Source: an uncultured Nitrososphaerota archaeon
GTDB lineage: Archaea; Thermoproteota; EX4484-205; JAAOZP01
Direction of reading: 5' to 3'
Length of the DNA: 64,000 nt
Assembly: GCA_964416155.1 (NCBI GenBank)
Contig: CAYQCW010000001.1
Span: 64,001 to 128,000, forward strand
Below are positions 48,116 to 57,199 of this stretch, piece by piece. Below the pieces are notes generated by a model. The model made no database searches. It was given only the letters and a program-made list of their open reading frames with translations, and was not told where the DNA came from. The position numbers and the translations under genes are program-made. How positions within the stretch are numbered: the first letter of the stretch is position 1; every line of letters begins with the position of its first letter.

Positions 48116-49775
48116 TCAAATCCAGCCTCCTAAGCAGAGAAGCCTCCAGCATCCTGCATAAAACATGGTATATTACGGAGTGCATCTCTTGCACACGGCT
48201 TGTCCCCGACGCAGGCGCCTTAATAGCGACGTCAGAGATTTCCGCAAGCATTCCCCCATCTCTCCCGGTTAGAGCGATCACCGCTAGACCTAAGGCTTTA
48301 GCGGTTGCCGCAGCATATATAACGTTCTGAGAATTACCGCTTGTGCTTATACCCATCAAAACATCCCCTCTTTTCGCCAAAGAGTAGAGTTCCTGTGCGA
48401 AGGCCATGTTCCTAGTCGGGTTATCGTTCTCAACGGCACTCGAAAGAGAATGGTTTGAGCCCAGGACTATCACGCGCAGACCCTCCTCCAGGCTTTCCAC
48501 CAAGAGATTACCGTAAGGAAGCCCTTTAAACAGCTTCCTGCGATGGATTGGTATGGGTCTCTTAAGCTCAAAGGATTTCGAAAGCTCCGCGGAAATATGG
48601 AACGCATCCGCGAAACTGCCGCCATTACCACATAGGAAGAGGGTTCCTCCAACCTTGAGACGCATATCGATAACTCTAAAAGACCTAACCAAGTCTTCTG
48701 CGATAACACTCAAACCGGGATGAGCCTTCACGAATTCTTCAACAATGTTTTTTACGGATGGTTCAAGATCCTCAGCCTTGTTTCTCTGTGCGAAGCCTAT
48801 TTCACCGAAAGCCTGGAGAGTAATATTTTCCGCAGTAATCATCCTGACAATGAGGTGACGGAGGTTGGGTATTGTCACAGCATGGTCGCCCGTTATGTGG
48901 AAGCCTTTACCCCCGAGCGAGGTTGGTCTCAAAACAATGTTTTTAAGAGGCCTGTAATAGTATTCCTCTTCATCCTTCTTTCTGGGGCGAGTATACTCCC
49001 TTATGGATTTCAGATCAAAGTTTGCAGCCGTAAACCTTTCCACTTTAAAACCAAGGTTTCTCGCGATGGACAGTGCTTTAAGAAAGACTTCAGGGCCGAT
49101 GACAGCTGATCCGAAATTCAGAAACACTCCTTCATCCAGGCTGCTGACGGTGTGAACATATTTCTTGAAATCAATCCCGCTGGCCTCACCTATGGCGGAA
49201 AAATCGCAAGCAGGATGCTGGTGAATTATGTCCGTTCCAAGCGCCACGTGGACAGTAAAAGGTATTCCCAATCTGTAAGCGTGATATAGGACACTGTACT
49301 CCTTGAACTTGAAACGTTCGCCTTCAGCAATCATCTTGCCTAGGGATTCGCCGTAGCCTAAGCCGTCGCGAACACCACGTTGAACAGCCACGTTCATCAA
49401 CAACCCTGTCTCCTCAGCCATTCCGAAGGTTCCATCCTCTATGCTTGTAGAAACATCCTCGCTGGTCTCGCCGATTAAAGCTATTTCAAAGTCATGTATT
49501 GAAGCCGCTCCGTTAGAGGCCATGTGGCTCACCACGCCCCGCTTCATAAGATCTATCAATACTGGTCCCAATCCGCATTTTATCACGTGTGCCCCCATCA
49601 TCCATAAGACTAGCCGCCTTTTTCTCCTAGCGTCCACAATCATCCTTGCAACCTCCCTTAGCTCCTGGCTTTCAAAGGGCGGCGGAGGCGACTCCGGGTT
49701 GATCAAATCCTTCAGCTTTACAAGGTTCTTCCTCTCAGATATTGGGTAAGTCTTGATCCTGTTGAAATCCAGCAT
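48084..49775 (-). CDS. Fusion: DHS-like NAD-binding domain (GSU2086-type) plus GmhA-like phosphoheptose isomerase SIS domain
   Basis: N-terminal about 315 aa: MGAHVIKCG, SNGAASIHDFEIAL, TSEDV, GTDIIH, NFGSAVIGPEVFLKAL. C-terminal: CGNGGSFADAFHISAEL, ISTSGNSQNV, LTGRDGG, RVQEMH. Confidence 0.8.
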   Translation of the reverse strand: MLDFNRIKTYPISERKNLVKLKDLINPESPPPPFESQELREVARMIVDARRKRRLVLWMMGAHVIKCGLGPVLIDLMKRGVVSHMASNGAASIHDFEIALIGETSEDVSTSIEDGTFGMAEETGLLMNVAVQRGVRDGLGYGESLGKMIAEGERFKFKEYSVLYHAYRLGIPFTVHVALGTDIIHQHPACDFSAIGEASGIDFKKYVHTVSSLDEGVFLNFGSAVIGPEVFLKALSIARNLGFKVERFTAANFDLKSIREYTRPRKKDEEEYYYRPLKNIVLRPTSLGGKGFHITGDHAVTIPNLRHLIVRMITAENITLQAFGEIGFAQRNKAEDLEPSVKNIVEEFVKAHPGLSVIAEDLVRSFRVIDMRLKVGGTLFLCGNGGSFADAFHISAELSKSFELKRPIPIHRRKLFKGLPYGNLLVESLEEGLRVIVLGSNHSLSSAVENDNPTRNMAFAQELYSLAKRGDVLMGISTSGNSQNVIYAAATAKALGLAVIALTGRDGGMLAEISDVAIKAPASGTSRVQEMHSVIYHVLCRMLEASLLRRLDLNERAETLQTG

Positions 49776-49953
49776 CTGCGCGTAAAGCCTTCCTCAGAGC
49801 CATATATTAACTTAATTCTTTACATGGAGAGCAGGAAGGGGCTTAAAGCGGTAGATTGTTGACTGCTGGAGAAACGTTTAAAAGTAATCTAGGATTATGG
49901 GAAACTTGTTCTCCAAACCCTTTAAATAGTGCAGGAAAAACGATTAGATAACC

Positions 49954-50943
49954 ATGAGGACCGTGAAAATAGGAGTGATCGGAGCAGGTTCCCACGCAAA
50001 TAGTGTGCACTATCCTTCACTCTCCATGATAAAGGAAGCAAATGTTAAAGCAGTATGCGACCTTAATCCAGATAGGCTTAGGATGACAGCTGAAAAATAC
50101 TCGATACCGGGCCAGTACACCGATTATAGAAAGATGTTGGAGAAGGAGGAGTTGGACGCAGTATATCTGATAATGCCTCCCCACCAGCTCTACGACATAG
50201 CGGTCGACTGTCTCAAGCAGGGCCTTAACCTTTTCATCGAGAAGCCCCCGGGCCTAACCCGCAGCCAAACTGAAAGCCTAGCCTGGTACGCTGAGAAACA
50301 CGGGTGTAAAACCATGGTTGGTTTCAACAGAAGGTTCATACCACTTATGAGAAGGGTTAAGGAGAACGTTGAGGAAAGAGGGCCTGTAAACCAATGCGTA
50401 TCGGTTTTCTACAAGAACATTCTTTCGCAAGAGCCTCCCTATTATTCTGGGGCGGTGGATGTTTTAACCTCGGACGTGATCCACGCCGTGGATACTTTAA
50501 GATGGATGGGTGGAGGCGATGTTGAAAGAATATGCAGCTTTATCCGGAGGCTTTTCGTCCCCTACGACAATAGTTTTAACGCGATGGTTACGTTCAAGAA
50601 CGGTGCACTAGGCTTCCTGATGAGCAATTGGGCAGCCGGCTCAAGGGTACATGTGTTCGAGATGCATAGCAAGGGCATATCGGCCTTCATCAACCCTAAT
50701 GAGAAAGCCTTAATATACAGGGATGGTCTGCCTGAACCCGAGGAAATATCTACTTTTGAAGCGGCAGGAGGCAGCACTGAATTCCACGTTTACTACGGGT
50801 TTCTCGGAGAAAACATGCATTTCATACGATGCGTGTTGGAGGACAGGGAGCCTGAAACCTGTTTCAGAGATGCTGTTAAAACGATGGAGCTGGTTGAAAA
50901 AATATATGCAAACTCTCTTTGTAAACAGCAGGCTTCTGATTAA
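49954..50943 (+). CDS. Gfo/Idh/MocA family oxidoreductase
   Basis: IGAGSHA, MPPH, IEKPPG, GFNRRF, DVIHAVD. Confidence 0.92.
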   Translation: MRTVKIGVIGAGSHANSVHYPSLSMIKEANVKAVCDLNPDRLRMTAEKYSIPGQYTDYRKMLEKEELDAVYLIMPPHQLYDIAVDCLKQGLNLFIEKPPGLTRSQTESLAWYAEKHGCKTMVGFNRRFIPLMRRVKENVEERGPVNQCVSVFYKNILSQEPPYYSGAVDVLTSDVIHAVDTLRWMGGGDVERICSFIRRLFVPYDNSFNAMVTFKNGALGFLMSNWAAGSRVHVFEMHSKGISAFINPNEKALIYRDGLPEPEEISTFEAAGGSTEFHVYYGFLGENMHFIRCVLEDREPETCFRDAVKTMELVEKIYANSLCKQQASD

Positions 50944-53054
50944 GAGCCCATTGAATAAGGTTCTAAAACAATTACCTCATGCTCTCTGAGAATCGGCAGT
51001 TTAAAAGCCACATCCCCTCCAGTATTCTCTAACACCAGCTCCATGTTTAACCTTAAAGCCTTAGCATGCCTAATGGATTTAAACCCGTGCAGGCATATTC
51101 TCAAGTCTCTGATAGGCATTATTGATTCTATTGGTCGAGTCATCTCGCCTGTGAAATTAACAAGATGCATCACTAACCTCCGTTTGCTATGCTGGTGCCT
51201 CAGAGTGATTTCAACGCTTCGAGGACAATTCTCCAGCGTCACTAAGCTTCTGGACATGAGGCCTACAGCATTAGCAATAATCCTCCTGTAATCAGGATTA
51301 TGATAGCAACCATAATGCTCAAAAAAGTTTCCCGCAATGTAAAGGCAACGTCCCTCTCCATAATTGTTCATTAGGATCGCCGGATTCTTCGACAAAGATG
51401 GGAGCTTCACGTATCTGGAAGACATTTTCTCGTGAAAAAGCGCTATTGTTTCCGAGCTCGTCGGGATAACCTCTAACCCATAGGTTGGACATGGCAGTAG
51501 CTTTGTGCTTAAACCCTCTGCAACAGAATGCTCGCCTATAATCGACATATAGTCAAGCATCATAGGTCCGAAAACCCCTCGGCCCACCTTAACGCCGAAA
51601 ACCTCAGCAAGCCCTGGCTCTTCAAGCATCTCTCCATGCTCATCGTATCTCGAACATTCGAAGCTAGCGATTAGGTTGCCACCGTTCTTGACGTATTCCC
51701 TAATATCTTCAACTTTATCTCGCGGGATGCAGGCACAGTTTGGCATGATAATAAGGTCGTAACCATGCAATACGTCGAGCCTCAAACACCCTTCGTCTAG
51801 AATCTTGAAAAGCGTGTGCGACCTAGCTAAAATCTCGTAACAACCGAGGAAGCCTTGGTAGAAGTTTCCCGCCGTAGCCCTCTTTCCAAGCTTTTCCGCT
51901 TTAGGAGTAAAATCAGTAACCGGTATGCTCGCCCTGTAAAAATCGGCGGTCCTCGCAGACCAGAAAAGACCAACCCTAGCCAGCGGAACAGTATCCTCCA
52001 AGTATTCCGTGTTTCTAAGGATGAAGCTATTCATTTCCCCAGCGGCCAATGCGCCAGGCTTATTCTTTAAAGCAAGAGGTATACCATACCATGGATTAGC
52101 GCCGTTAGCAATAGTGTCAGCGTACAGCAGTTTCGTCTCAACCCCGGTTAAAAGATACTCGTCCCATCCCTTGTTCGCACCAGCTATGAAGACAACCGTC
52201 GGCTTGCCGCCGGATTGAGCCTCCAAGAGCTTAGCCGTCATACCGGGTTTCCACAATGATTCAGACCTGAGATCATAGTAGAGAAAACCACCCTCAGCCC
52301 CAAGTATATTCTGGTAAGGCAGGAGGCGCCTATTATCCCTAGCCGCCGGCCACGCCGGCCATAGACCAGTGGAATTCATGTAGATTATTGCGTTCGGCCT
52401 GACTTTTTTCAGCGTCTTCTCCGCATCCCTTAGGTATTCTGCTATACTGTCATACCGGAAATCTATAAACCGGCTCCAAGCAGGATCATTCCAATCCTCC
52501 CACTTGGGAAGATTCAACCCGTATTTTTGCTCAAACTTCTCCCTGCAGTTTATACAATAACAAGCCTCAGGAGCGAAAATAGGGCCGTCTAAAAACACTC
52601 CGTCTATATCGTATGAAGCCATGTCTTCAAGCCCTTTAAGAGACCATTCTCTCCATGAAGAGTTTACACAGGGAGCGTTTCCGGAACCGTAAAGGTCGCT
52701 TATTATCCTGCCCTCTGAATCCACTTGAAGCCAACCATGATGGTTTCTGCCGAATTCAGGGTTTATCCAGTGTACATTGTAATAAACTAGAACCCTGATC
52801 CCTCTTTTATGAGCCTCAGGCAAGTACTCGTTCAAAAGATCCCTGGGCACTTGCCTCGCTATCCTAGTCTGAAAGTAGAAAACACCTTTCTCACCACCCC
52901 AAACATCACTGCAACCCAGGTGCTCAGTGTTAAAACCAAGCATGCTTTTAGCCTCAGTAAGCTCAGCCGGATTTATCCTTAGAACCTCCTCGGCATCTGG
53001 CAAAGTAAAGTCGGCGATTGTTAAAGGCTGATACCACCATTGTTTCACAGCCAT
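50940..53054 (-). CDS. GHL6/GH42-like glycoside hydrolase with beta-galactosidase trimerisation (GATase1-like) domain
   Basis: TIM barrel (DLLNEY..AHKRGIRV, DGVFLDGP, CYCINC), LIIMPNCAC, GGNLIAS, HLVNFTG. Start taken at MAVKQWW. Confidence 0.72.
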   Translation of the reverse strand: MAVKQWWYQPLTIADFTLPDAEEVLRINPAELTEAKSMLGFNTEHLGCSDVWGGEKGVFYFQTRIARQVPRDLLNEYLPEAHKRGIRVLVYYNVHWINPEFGRNHHGWLQVDSEGRIISDLYGSGNAPCVNSSWREWSLKGLEDMASYDIDGVFLDGPIFAPEACYCINCREKFEQKYGLNLPKWEDWNDPAWSRFIDFRYDSIAEYLRDAEKTLKKVRPNAIIYMNSTGLWPAWPAARDNRRLLPYQNILGAEGGFLYYDLRSESLWKPGMTAKLLEAQSGGKPTVVFIAGANKGWDEYLLTGVETKLLYADTIANGANPWYGIPLALKNKPGALAAGEMNSFILRNTEYLEDTVPLARVGLFWSARTADFYRASIPVTDFTPKAEKLGKRATAGNFYQGFLGCYEILARSHTLFKILDEGCLRLDVLHGYDLIIMPNCACIPRDKVEDIREYVKNGGNLIASFECSRYDEHGEMLEEPGLAEVFGVKVGRGVFGPMMLDYMSIIGEHSVAEGLSTKLLPCPTYGLEVIPTSSETIALFHEKMSSRYVKLPSLSKNPAILMNNYGEGRCLYIAGNFFEHYGCYHNPDYRRIIANAVGLMSRSLVTLENCPRSVEITLRHQHSKRRLVMHLVNFTGEMTRPIESIMPIRDLRICLHGFKSIRHAKALRLNMELVLENTGGDVAFKLPILREHEVIVLEPYSMGS

Positions 53055-53153
53055 GTTTCCCACAATGCGTTTAAAATATTTAGGCTTTCCTAAGGCGCAC
53101 GCGTTAGCACGTAAAGTTGAAAAACTTATTACGAAGGTCATCGGCGTAGAAGC

Positions 53154-54275
53154 ATGCTGCCGGCTGAGAGACTTGACGCCGCATTCGAGGGGAAAGATTC
53201 AGACGCGATGCCCTGGTTCGCCGACCTTACCTACTGGTGTCACGCGCATGAAGAGATGGGAATCCTGCCCAAAAAATACGCGGGGGAGAACAGGATAAAC
53301 CTTTACGTGGAAATGGGGTGTGGGGCGCACGAGGAGCTGTACCGCCCGGTTTTCAGAGTAACTCGTAAACGGGTGAGGATCCATACTTATGAGGAAAAGA
53401 ATTCTGATGGCAGCGTTGTTAGACGCGAGGTTTTTGAGACGCCGATCGGGGATTTGAGACGTGTAAGCAAGCACTCAGTGATGTCTCACAGCTCCGCTAC
53501 AATAGAGCATCCGGTGAAAACCGTGAGCGACCTTAAGAGGCTCAGGTTCATACTGAGAGACCAAGTTGTGGAGAAGGATCCGGAGATGTATGAATGGCAG
53601 CTACGTATGATGCAGAAATGGGATGGATGGGGGATTGTGAGTTCCATCCCGCCAAGAACCCCCTTAATGAGGATGATAGTGGAGTGGGCTGGTTTTTCAA
53701 ACACTGTGAAGCTTCAGTGGATGCATAGGGAAGAGTTCGACGAGACGATTCAAGTAATGTGTGAGGCAGACGATCCTATTTACGAGGCGGTTTTAGACGC
53801 TCCCGCCAAGTATGTTTACTTCGGGGAGAACCTGTCCAGCGACATGGTTAGCCCACGCCTATTCAAGACATATCTTGAACCCTACTATAAGAAGCGGTCT
53901 CTTGAACTCCACGCTAAAGGGAAAAGGATTTACCTGCATATTGACGGCGGGCTCAGGGGACTGTTGCCATTGCTTGCTCAAACGGGTGTTGACTGCGCAC
54001 AATCGCTGACGCCAGTTCCCGCGGGCGATGTTGACGTCAAGGATTTCAGGAAGATTGCCGGCGAAAACATAGTTTTATGGGGAGGCTTACCTGGAGTTTT
54101 ATTCAGCGAGAAACATCCTGTCGAAATGTTGAAGAAATTACTTGACGACATAATAGAAACGTATCTGAATGACCGCAGGTTTATCATAGGAGTTGCCGAC
54201 CAGGTGCCTCCGGACGGGGAGATTGAAAGAGTGAAAATGGTCAGCGAAACCCTGGAGACCAAGGGGAGAAGATGA
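53154..54275 (+). CDS. URO-D/MtaA-like family TIM-barrel protein
   Basis: ETPIGDL, EHPVKT, GENLSSD, LHIDG, SLTPVPAGD, LWGGLP, GVADQVPP. Confidence 0.78.
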   Translation: MLPAERLDAAFEGKDSDAMPWFADLTYWCHAHEEMGILPKKYAGENRINLYVEMGCGAHEELYRPVFRVTRKRVRIHTYEEKNSDGSVVRREVFETPIGDLRRVSKHSVMSHSSATIEHPVKTVSDLKRLRFILRDQVVEKDPEMYEWQLRMMQKWDGWGIVSSIPPRTPLMRMIVEWAGFSNTVKLQWMHREEFDETIQVMCEADDPIYEAVLDAPAKYVYFGENLSSDMVSPRLFKTYLEPYYKKRSLELHAKGKRIYLHIDGGLRGLLPLLAQTGVDCAQSLTPVPAGDVDVKDFRKIAGENIVLWGGLPGVLFSEKHPVEMLKKLLDDIIETYLNDRRFIIGVADQVPPDGEIERVKMVSETLETKGRR

Positions 54276-54332
54276 CATGGTTAAAACCCATAGTCTTATA
54301 AATAGGCTTAGCGCGGTTTTTGACGATGCGCG

Positions 54333-55382
54333 TTGGGAGAAATCGATGCCCCCCAGATCACTGACAATTTTATAAGAAAACTCTATGAGAGAACTAAACC
54401 CTCTCTGTCCTTCAACGCTTCCTCTAAAGATGAATTTCTCATATGGAAGGAGGGGCTTAAGAACAAGATTAGAGAGCTCCTGGGAGAGTTTCCCAAACCC
54501 GCTGACCTAAGCCCGCGTTTACTATGCCGGGATGAGGCAGAGAACTATGTCAGGGAGAAGTGGATTATCCAGTCTGAAGAAGACTGCTGGATACCCCTGT
54601 ATCTTCTGGTTCCGAAGAACACAGAGGGGAAGCTTCCCGCAATCCTGTGTGCTCACGGCCACGGTGCCTACGGCAAGGATTCAGTAGCGGGTGTTCATTT
54701 TAACGACCCGAACAGGAAGGCTGAGATCGCCAGATTAAACTATAACTATGGGGAGCAAATGGCTAACGCTGGCTTCGTCACAATCGCCCCAGACTGGCGG
54801 AGCTTCGGTGAAAGAATAGCTTACTACAACCCTTACCCCGGGAGAGATATATGCAACATCCATTTCATTCAACACTTGATCCTTGGGAGGACGCTTCTGG
54901 GAAGCAATATTTTCGACGGTATGCGGGTTATAGACTTCTTAACGATGCTCGAGTATGTAGACTCGAGCAGAATAGGTTGCATGGGGCTTTCCTTCGGAGG
55001 GACAATGACAACCTACTTGACGCTGCTCGACGACAGGGTAAAAGCAGCAGACATAATGTGTTATGCAACGACGACTGAGCATTACGCCATATATAGGCCA
55101 AACTTCTGCGGATCTCAGCTGGTTCCCTACCTTTACAAGTATGCTGACGTGTCCGACGTTATAGCCGCAATAGCTCCTAAACCTCTTCTAATAGAGAGCG
55201 GCGCATCTGACACTTGTTTCTGGATACATTCCGCCTTGAAATCACACGATGTAATACGGAGGGCCTACGAGGTCGCCGGAGAGCCGGAAAACCTCTGGAT
55301 AGAGGTCTTCCCAGGGGAACACAGCTTCTCCGGGAGAATGGCCTTTAGATTCTTCGAAAAATACCTTAAATCAGGAAACTAA
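54333..55382 (+). CDS. Alpha/beta hydrolase (dienelactone hydrolase / carbohydrate esterase-like)
   Basis: CAHGHG, PDWRSFGER, GLSFGG nucleophile elbow, IAPKPLL, D and GEH triad residues. Confidence 0.85.
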   Translation: MGEIDAPQITDNFIRKLYERTKPSLSFNASSKDEFLIWKEGLKNKIRELLGEFPKPADLSPRLLCRDEAENYVREKWIIQSEEDCWIPLYLLVPKNTEGKLPAILCAHGHGAYGKDSVAGVHFNDPNRKAEIARLNYNYGEQMANAGFVTIAPDWRSFGERIAYYNPYPGRDICNIHFIQHLILGRTLLGSNIFDGMRVIDFLTMLEYVDSSRIGCMGLSFGGTMTTYLTLLDDRVKAADIMCYATTTEHYAIYRPNFCGSQLVPYLYKYADVSDVIAAIAPKPLLIESGASDTCFWIHSALKSHDVIRRAYEVAGEPENLWIEVFPGEHSFSGRMAFRFFEKYLKSGN

Positions 55383-55550
55383 GGTGAATAAGCCGTCAAA
55401 AACATTGGAAATGCTAATGCCGCTCGGGATCCGCAGGATACAAACCTAACATTTAATGAGCCGACCATCCCTATGCGGACAATGCTACCATATTATGGGT
55501 AAAGCAAAATATTATAAGTTTCTTTTTAACCATTCTCCACGGTGGTCCAG

Positions 55551-56102
55551 ATGGATGTCTTCGAGGCCATAAGGACAAGGCGTAGCATACGGGTCTATGA
55601 GGACAAGCCTGTTGAAGAAGAAAAACTCAAAAGAATCTTGGAGGCCGCTAGGCTAGCGCCATCCGCTGGAAACAGGCAGCCGTGGTGTTTTATCGTGGTC
55701 ACGGATCCTAAGGTTAAAGAAGGGCTGATTGAGGCGAAAAAGAAGATGATGCCTTCTCCACCCCCAGGAGCTCCCCCCAGGCCTTTCAGAGGCCCATTGG
55801 AATCAGCTCCGGTTTTAATCGTGGGCTGCGCCCTACCTGGTGAAAGCGTTCCCGGAACGGATTTCTGGAAGATTGATGTAGCGATAGCCCTGCAGAGCCT
55901 TGTCTTGGCAGCTTGGGAGCAGGGTCTCGGAACATGCTGGATCGGAGTATTCCACGAGGAGGAGGAAGTCAAGAAGGTTTTAGGCCTTCCGAAGGAAGCA
56001 AGAGTAGTCTCTATGATAGCTGTAGGCTACCCCGCTGAGAAAAAAGAGCCTGTGTCGAACCGGAAACCTCTAGAGGAGATTGTCAGATATAACCACTGGT
56101 GA
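55551..56102 (+). CDS. Nitroreductase family protein
   Basis: RRSIR, APSAGNRQPW, GLGTCWIG, VGYP. Confidence 0.92.
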   Translation: MDVFEAIRTRRSIRVYEDKPVEEEKLKRILEAARLAPSAGNRQPWCFIVVTDPKVKEGLIEAKKKMMPSPPPGAPPRPFRGPLESAPVLIVGCALPGESVPGTDFWKIDVAIALQSLVLAAWEQGLGTCWIGVFHEEEEVKKVLGLPKEARVVSMIAVGYPAEKKEPVSNRKPLEEIVRYNHW

Positions 56103-56135
56103 AAACCCCGTTAATACACTGCTTGTTTTTTCGAT

Positions 56136-57146
56136 TTAAGGGATCAGGCTTAGGACTTCCGTGGATCTTAAAACCTCTCCACCCTGAAGATTCATGATTG
56201 AATCAAAGTTCTCCCGGGTAACGTTCGTCGTTGTCCCGACGCCAGTTACACACGCAGCGCCAGCAGCCTGCCCTGCCATTAAGAGCCTCTTTAAATCCTC
56301 AAGAGGGATTTCAGACGGGTCTCCAAGCCTCCCATCCTTCAGCAGAGTGAATAGGATTCCTGCGCTGAACGCGTCCCCAGCGCCGGTCGGGTCAACCACC
56401 TCGACTTTAAACCCGTTTTGCCTTACGTATTCCCCATTCTTCAAAACAGACAGCGCACCTTTTTCGCCGAGGGTTATGAACGTTATGCCATTAACCCTTT
56501 TACTCGCCTCCTTCATCGCAGAGGCTAAACTATCTGTCTTGAATATGTTCTTCAGCTCCATGTCGTTACAGTGGAAAAAGTCTGCGTAATCCAAATGTTC
56601 AACAATATAATCCCATTGCCTTCCATAAGGCTCAACCATGTCGACGAAAGTTAAGCTCCCAGTCTTCTTTGCGGTTTCAAGAACCTCCCCCAGCCTCCCG
56701 TCGAACTCGCCGCACAGACCGGAAGCAGCGTAGAAAATCGTCGGTCGAATCTCAAGTATCTTCTTGGAAACGAAATTGGGGTCGAGATGCCAGCTTGCAC
56801 CCAAGTCTAGGTGGAACCTCCTGTCCTCCCCCTTAACGACAAGCGCAATGTTTTTCGTCGTTCCTACTTCAGCGAGCTCAAGCAAGTGTGTGACAACCCC
56901 CTTTTCCTCCAAAACACTCCTTATGAAGCCTCCGAAAATATCCTTACCGATCGCCCCCACTATGCCGACAGAACCCTTTTCAAGGCCAAGCTGGATCAAA
57001 TCTATAGAAACATTGCAGGGATGCCCTCCCACAGTCAACTTAACGCTTTTCTTGGCAAACACTATGTGCCCAGGATCGGCGATTTTAGGCAGTTCCGCCA
57101 GAATCATATCGGCCACTACGAATCCTGAGGCAAGGACTTTCATCAA
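56136..57146 (-). CDS. PfkB family carbohydrate kinase
   Basis: GGHPCNV, IGKDIFG, NDME, ITLGEKG, DPTGAGDAF. Confidence 0.9.
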   Translation of the reverse strand: MMKVLASGFVVADMILAELPKIADPGHIVFAKKSVKLTVGGHPCNVSIDLIQLGLEKGSVGIVGAIGKDIFGGFIRSVLEEKGVVTHLLELAEVGTTKNIALVVKGEDRRFHLDLGASWHLDPNFVSKKILEIRPTIFYAASGLCGEFDGRLGEVLETAKKTGSLTFVDMVEPYGRQWDYIVEHLDYADFFHCNDMELKNIFKTDSLASAMKEASKRVNGITFITLGEKGALSVLKNGEYVRQNGFKVEVVDPTGAGDAFSAGILFTLLKDGRLGDPSEIPLEDLKRLLMAGQAAGAACVTGVGTTTNVTRENFDSIMNLQGGEVLRSTEVLSLIP

Positions 57147-57199
57147 GACGGTTTATGGCTAAGAGTTTTTAATCTTTTCTAAACTTCCTAAGCATGATT

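Noticed and set aside
55420-55495. Minus-strand peptide IVRIGMVG resembling a Gfo/Idh/MocA N-terminus in an intergenic region
   Set aside because: Too short and without further homology; could be chance.
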